From contig CAVWWM010000009.1 of assembly GCA_963758695.1 (NCBI GenBank), positions 263,521 through 327,520 on the forward strand: a stretch of DNA of 64,000 nt, read 5' to 3'. The stretch's first letter is position 1. Each line of letters begins with the position of its first letter. The translations under genes and the position numbers were made by a program. Origin of the DNA: an uncultured Actinomycetes bacterium (GTDB lineage Bacteria; Actinomycetota; Acidimicrobiia; Spongiisociales; DATADW01). The notes beneath the pieces are model-generated. The model was given only the letters and a program-made list of their open reading frames with translations, made no database searches and had not been told where the DNA came from. Of this stretch, positions 60,182 through 64,000 are shown in pieces.

Positions 60182-60420
60182 AGGTCGAGGTGACAGTCAC
60201 CCGCCGGGCGGACATCGCCGATCCGCAAGGCACCACCATCGCCCGCGCTCTCCACCAACTCGGATTCGACGAGGTCACGTCGGTGCGGGTCGACAAGCTG
60301 ATCACCCTCGAATTCGGAGATGGCGATCGAGAGGCGCTGTCGGCACGTGTCGACGAAATGTGCCGTCGTCTCCTGGCCAACCCGGCGCTCGAGGACTTCA
60401 CCGTCGAGGTCGTGGAGTGA
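60178..60420 (+). CDS. purS: phosphoribosylformylglycinamidine synthase subunit PurS
   Basis: 80 aa: KVEVTVTRRADIADPQGTTIARALHQLGF. TTG start overlaps the purC stop. It lies in-frame inside the spurious ORF 59272..60420. Confidence 0.88.
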   Translation: MKVEVTVTRRADIADPQGTTIARALHQLGFDEVTSVRVDKLITLEFGDGDREALSARVDEMCRRLLANPALEDFTVEVVE

Positions 60421-61082
60421 CCGCCCGGGTCGCTGTCGTGATCTTCCCGGGAACGAACTGCGAGCGCGACGTCCTCCGCACCATTCGGGCCGTGGGAGGA
60501 GATCCAGAGTTCGTCTGGCACGGCGACAGGGATCTGAGCGGCGCCGATGGAGTGATATTGCCCGGGGGATTCGCCCATGGCGACTATCTGCGCACCGGGG
60601 CGATAGCTCGCCTGTCCCCCGTCATGGCCGAGGTGGAGCGGCGTGCTGCCGAGGGCGCTCCTGTGCTCGGCATCTGCAACGGCTTCCAGGTGCTTTGTGA
60701 GGCTGGTCTCCTGCCGGGGGCGCTGATCGCCAATCGGGACCTGCGTTTCATCTGCCGGTTCGTGGAAGTAGAGGTCGCCGACAACACAACGATCCTCACA
60801 TCGGCGCACCGGGTGGGCGACCGGCTCCGCATCCCGTTGAACTCTTACGAGGGAGCCTGGGTCGACCCGGACGGGTCGGGGCGCGTGGTCATCCGCTACA
60901 CCAACGATCCCAACGGGTCGCAGCTCGCCGCAGCCGCCGTCGCCAATGAAGCGGGGAACGTCGTCGGGGTGATGCCGCACCCCGAGCGGGCGGTGCTCGA
61001 CCGATCCGAGACCGGGGGGGTAAGGCTGCTCGAGAGCTTCCTCGGCGCCTGCGAGTCAGGTGCCATGCGGCGAGCTTCGTGA
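60417..61082 (+). CDS. purQ: phosphoribosylformylglycinamidine synthase subunit PurQ
   Basis: [23 protein letters not shown] and MPHPER. GTGA overlap with purS. Confidence 0.94.
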   Translation: MTARVAVVIFPGTNCERDVLRTIRAVGGDPEFVWHGDRDLSGADGVILPGGFAHGDYLRTGAIARLSPVMAEVERRAAEGAPVLGICNGFQVLCEAGLLPGALIANRDLRFICRFVEVEVADNTTILTSAHRVGDRLRIPLNSYEGAWVDPDGSGRVVIRYTNDPNGSQLAAAAVANEAGNVVGVMPHPERAVLDRSETGGVRLLESFLGACESGAMRRAS

Positions 61083-63290
61083 CCGCCGGACCCGACACCG
61101 ACCCCACACCGGCCCACCGTCTCCTCGGGTTGAGCGACGAGGAGATGGGGGACATCTCCACCCGGCTGGGGCGTCAACCATCAGCGGCCGAGCTCGCCAT
61201 GTTCTCGGTGATGTGGTCGGAGCACTGCTCCTACAAGTCGTCGCGCGCCTACTTGGGTCGCCTCCCGTCCACGGCTCCATGGGTCGTCGTCGGTCCCGGC
61301 GAGAACGCCGGGGTGGTCGACCTGGGTGATGGATGGCTGGCTGCATTGCGGATCGAGAGCCACAACCATCCATCCTTCGTCGAGCCCCATCAGGGCGCCG
61401 CCACCGGGGTGGGCGGCATCCTGCGCGACGTGTTCACCATGGGAGCCCGACCCGTCGCTCTCTGGGACTCGATCCGGTTTGGTCCGCTCGACGACCCGCT
61501 CAACCGCTACCTGTTCACCGGAGTCGTGGGAGGGATCGCCTCTTACGGCAACGCGGTGGGCGTCCCAACGGTCGGCGGTGAGTTGGGTTTCGAAGAGTGC
61601 TATTCAGGCAACCCGCTGGTGAACGTGATGTGCCTCGGCGTCATGAGGCGCGATCAACTGGTGCTGGGGACCGCAGGAACCCCCGGGTCGGTGGCGGTCC
61701 TGCTCGGGGCATCCACCGGACGCGACGGGATCGGTGGAGCATCGGTGCTGGCATCGGCCGGCTTCGAGGAAGACAGCGGTTCGAAACGTCCCGCGGTCCA
61801 GGTGGGCGACCCGTTCGAGGAGAAGAAACTCATCGAGGCATGCCTCGAGCTGTATCGCCGCCGTCTCGTGGTTGGGGTACAGGACCTGGGGGCAGCCGGG
61901 CTCTCCTGTGCCGCCGCCGAGCCGGCGGCGCGGGCCGGTGTCGGGCTCGACCTCGACCTCGACCGGGTCCATGTCCGAGAGAGCGGGATGACTGCGGCCG
62001 AACTCCTCATGTCGGAATCGCAGGAGAGGATGATGGCCTTCGTCCTCCCCGAGCGGGTCCCCGAGGTCCTCGAGGTGGCGGGTCGTTGGGAAATCGAAGC
62101 CTCGGTGGTGGGCACGGTCCGATCGAGTGGCATGGTGAGGGTGAGTCACCGCGGCGAGGTCGTCGCCGAGGTACCCGCCGAATCTCTCGCCGCCGGCCCC
62201 CGATACATCCGACCCGCAGGTGAACCATGGTGGCTGGAGGACCGTTGGGGCAGCACCTACCGCTACCTTCGTCCACCCGATCCCGCTGAAGCGCTCCTTG
62301 CGCTGCTTGACGATCCTGCTCTTGGCGACCGCAGCTGGGTCTACGAGCAGTACGACCACATGCTCTACCTAGACACCGTTGTCGGCCCGGGTCATGGCGC
62401 AACGCTGTTGTCGCTGGGTGAGACCGGCAAGGGGATGGCGGTCTCGGTGGATGGGAACGGCAGGCTCTGCTCTCTCGACCCGCGCCGCGGGGCAGCACGA
62501 TTGGTCTACGAAGCTGCGCTCAACGTCGCCATGGTGGGGGCGAGACCGCTTGCAGTGGTCGACAACCTCAACTTTGGCAACCCGGAGCGCTCCGAGGTGA
62601 TGTGGCAGTTCATCGAGACCGTCGAGGGCATCGCCTCGGCTTGCGAAGCGCTGGCGATCCCTGTCATCGGCGGCAACGTCTCCTTCTACAACGAGACAGA
62701 CGGGCAGGACATCGACCCGACCCCTGTGGTCGGGATGCTCGGAGTGGTCGACCCACTGCCCACCAACCCTCCCCGCCTCGACCTGGCCAATGAAGGCATG
62801 GAGCTTTGGCTTCTGGGCTCGCCTGCAGGACGGGGACTTGCCGGTAGCTGTTTGGAGAAGGTGCTGTTCGGCCACGTCGGAGGTAGGCCGACCGCTCCGG
62901 ACCCGACCGCGGCCCGCGCTGCGGTGGCGCTGGCGAGACGGCTGGCAGACGCCGGGATTCGCCCCCGTGCTCCAGGATGTCTCTGATGGTGGGCTGGCGA
63001 TGGCCATGGCCGAGATCTGCATCCGGTCATCGGTCGGCGCCTCCATCGGGTGCCCCGACTTCATGCGGCTCTTCAGCGAGGACCCCCACCGGTTTGTCGC
63101 CGCCATCTCCCCTGGTTACGGCGACGTCCTTGCCGCGGCGGCGGGCGAGATGGGTGTCGCCGCATCTCGCGTCGGGGGGTTCGGGGGCGATGCCATCGTC
63201 CTCCGGGTCGGCTCGACGACGTCCACCGTCCCCCTGGAGGCCGCTGCCGAGATCTGGAGACAAGCCATACCGCGGCGGCTCGCCGGCTGA
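61079..63290 (+). pseudogene. purL: phosphoribosylformylglycinamidine synthase subunit PurL, one frameshift in a C5 run as assembled
   Basis: ORF 61079..62986 carries SEHCSYKSS and ESHNHPS. The C-terminal 100 or so residues ([17 protein letters not shown]...) continue in ORF 62790..63290. The junction is CCCCC at 62962-62966. The total length is 3n+1. Confidence 0.9.
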
Positions 63291-63350
63291 CATGAGCGGC
63301 CCGATCGGATGGCGGCTCGCCGGTTGGCCCCCCTCCTACACTGGCCAGCA

Positions 63351-64000
63351 GTGAACGCTTCGAACCCGACGATGGAACGGCCCGGCGAGGCCTGTGGGGT
63401 GTTCGCCGTATACGCCCCCAACCAGCGCGCCGCCCACCTCATCTACTTCGGGTTGTTCGCCCTCCAGCACCGCGGCCAGGAGTCGGCGGGGATGTCCGTC
63501 TCCGACGGGGAGACCGTCACTGTTCTCAAGGACCTCGGGCTGGTGGCCCAGGTCTTCGACGAGCGATCGTTGTCGGCGCTCGCCGGCCACCTCGGGATCG
63601 GGCACACCCGCTACTCGACGACCGGGTCGAACCTCTGGGAAAACTCGCAGCCTGCGTACCGCCAGGTCGGCAGCATCGGGGTGGCCCTGGGCCACAACGG
63701 CAACCTGACAAACACCGCCCGGCTGGCATCGATGAACCCCGACTGCCCGGGGACCACCGACTCCGAATTGATGCTCGATGCCATAGCCGCCGCCGTCGAG
63801 GACGAGCGCTCCGATGGCAGGGGCTTGGAGAGTGCCCTGTTTTCCACCCTTCCCAAGTTTGAGGGCGCCTTCTCATTGGTGGTGATGGACCAGGGCCGGA
63901 TCATCGGGGTCCGCGACCCAAACGGGTTCCGCCCGCTTTGCCTGGGACGTCTTGCCGAGGACGGTTGGGTGATCGCCTCGGAGACCGCCGCCCTCGACCT
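63351..64000 (+). CDS. purF: amidophosphoribosyltransferase (3' end runs off the window)
   Basis: Translation gives ...GEACGVFAVYAP...ALQHRGQESAGM...GIGHTRYSTTG...GHNGNLTN. Start is GTG 63351 or ATG 63372. It is not in the ORF track because no stop lies inside the window. Confidence 0.92.
   Translation, partial: MNASNPTMERPGEACGVFAVYAPNQRAAHLIYFGLFALQHRGQESAGMSVSDGETVTVLKDLGLVAQVFDERSLSALAGHLGIGHTRYSTTGSNLWENSQPAYRQVGSIGVALGHNGNLTNTARLASMNPDCPGTTDSELMLDAIAAAVEDERSDGRGLESALFSTLPKFEGAFSLVVMDQGRIIGVRDPNGFRPLCLGRLAEDGWVIASETAALD

Noticed and set aside
59272-60420. 382-aa ORF overlapping purC
   Set aside because: It is an R-rich shadow frame. Only its last 80 codons (60178..60420) are real, and they correspond to purS.

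Overview
This is a high-GC, actinobacterial-type chromosomal segment that is almost entirely coding, with no rRNA, tRNA, CRISPR array or recognisable defence or prophage module.

**Core genes**
- mscL (partial), clpB and dxs.
- A dispersed purine set: purA-purD-purE, purB, and purC-purS-purQ-purL-purF.
- Three ABC importers: an AapJQMP-like general amino-acid system, a polar amino-acid system, and a NitT/TauT-type system.
- A long minus-strand phosphate block: pstS-pstC-pstA-pstB-phoU, then a RegX3/SenX3-like response regulator and histidine kinase. It is preceded by ppk and a CYTH-CHAD gene.
- corA, a WhiB-like gene, an ECF sigma factor, and a sortase F / DUF4397 pair.

**Four things stand out**
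1. **Intergenic repeat family.** Tandem heptanucleotides (GACGG[C/A]A or GGAAGAC on the sense strand) start within 0-3 nt of stop codons at five of the seven tracts seen. They are combined with GC hairpin modules. One 47-nt double hairpin occurs twice with a single mismatch.
2. **IS110-family element.** It is inserted next to one copy of that double hairpin. It has a roughly 300-nt non-coding left end, the position where IS110-group bridge RNAs are encoded.
3. **Reading-frame disruptions.** More than 30 were counted by eye from frame-hopping of conserved motifs. They are concentrated at 24.4-34.1 kb (CYTH-CHAD, ppk, a YcaQ-like gene, an amidohydrolase, TetR, an S51-like gene and an alpha/beta hydrolase). 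pstS, pstC, pstA, purL, the IS110 transposase, the sortase and two secreted proteins are also affected. The sequence alone cannot say whether this is gene decay or consensus indel error.
4. **Two unrecognised gene architectures.** One is a tightly coupled four-gene operon: S51-like hydrolase, esterase, ATP-grasp ligase, esterase. The other is an S51/GATase1-like domain fused to a region resembling the C-terminal half of cysteinyl-tRNA synthetase.
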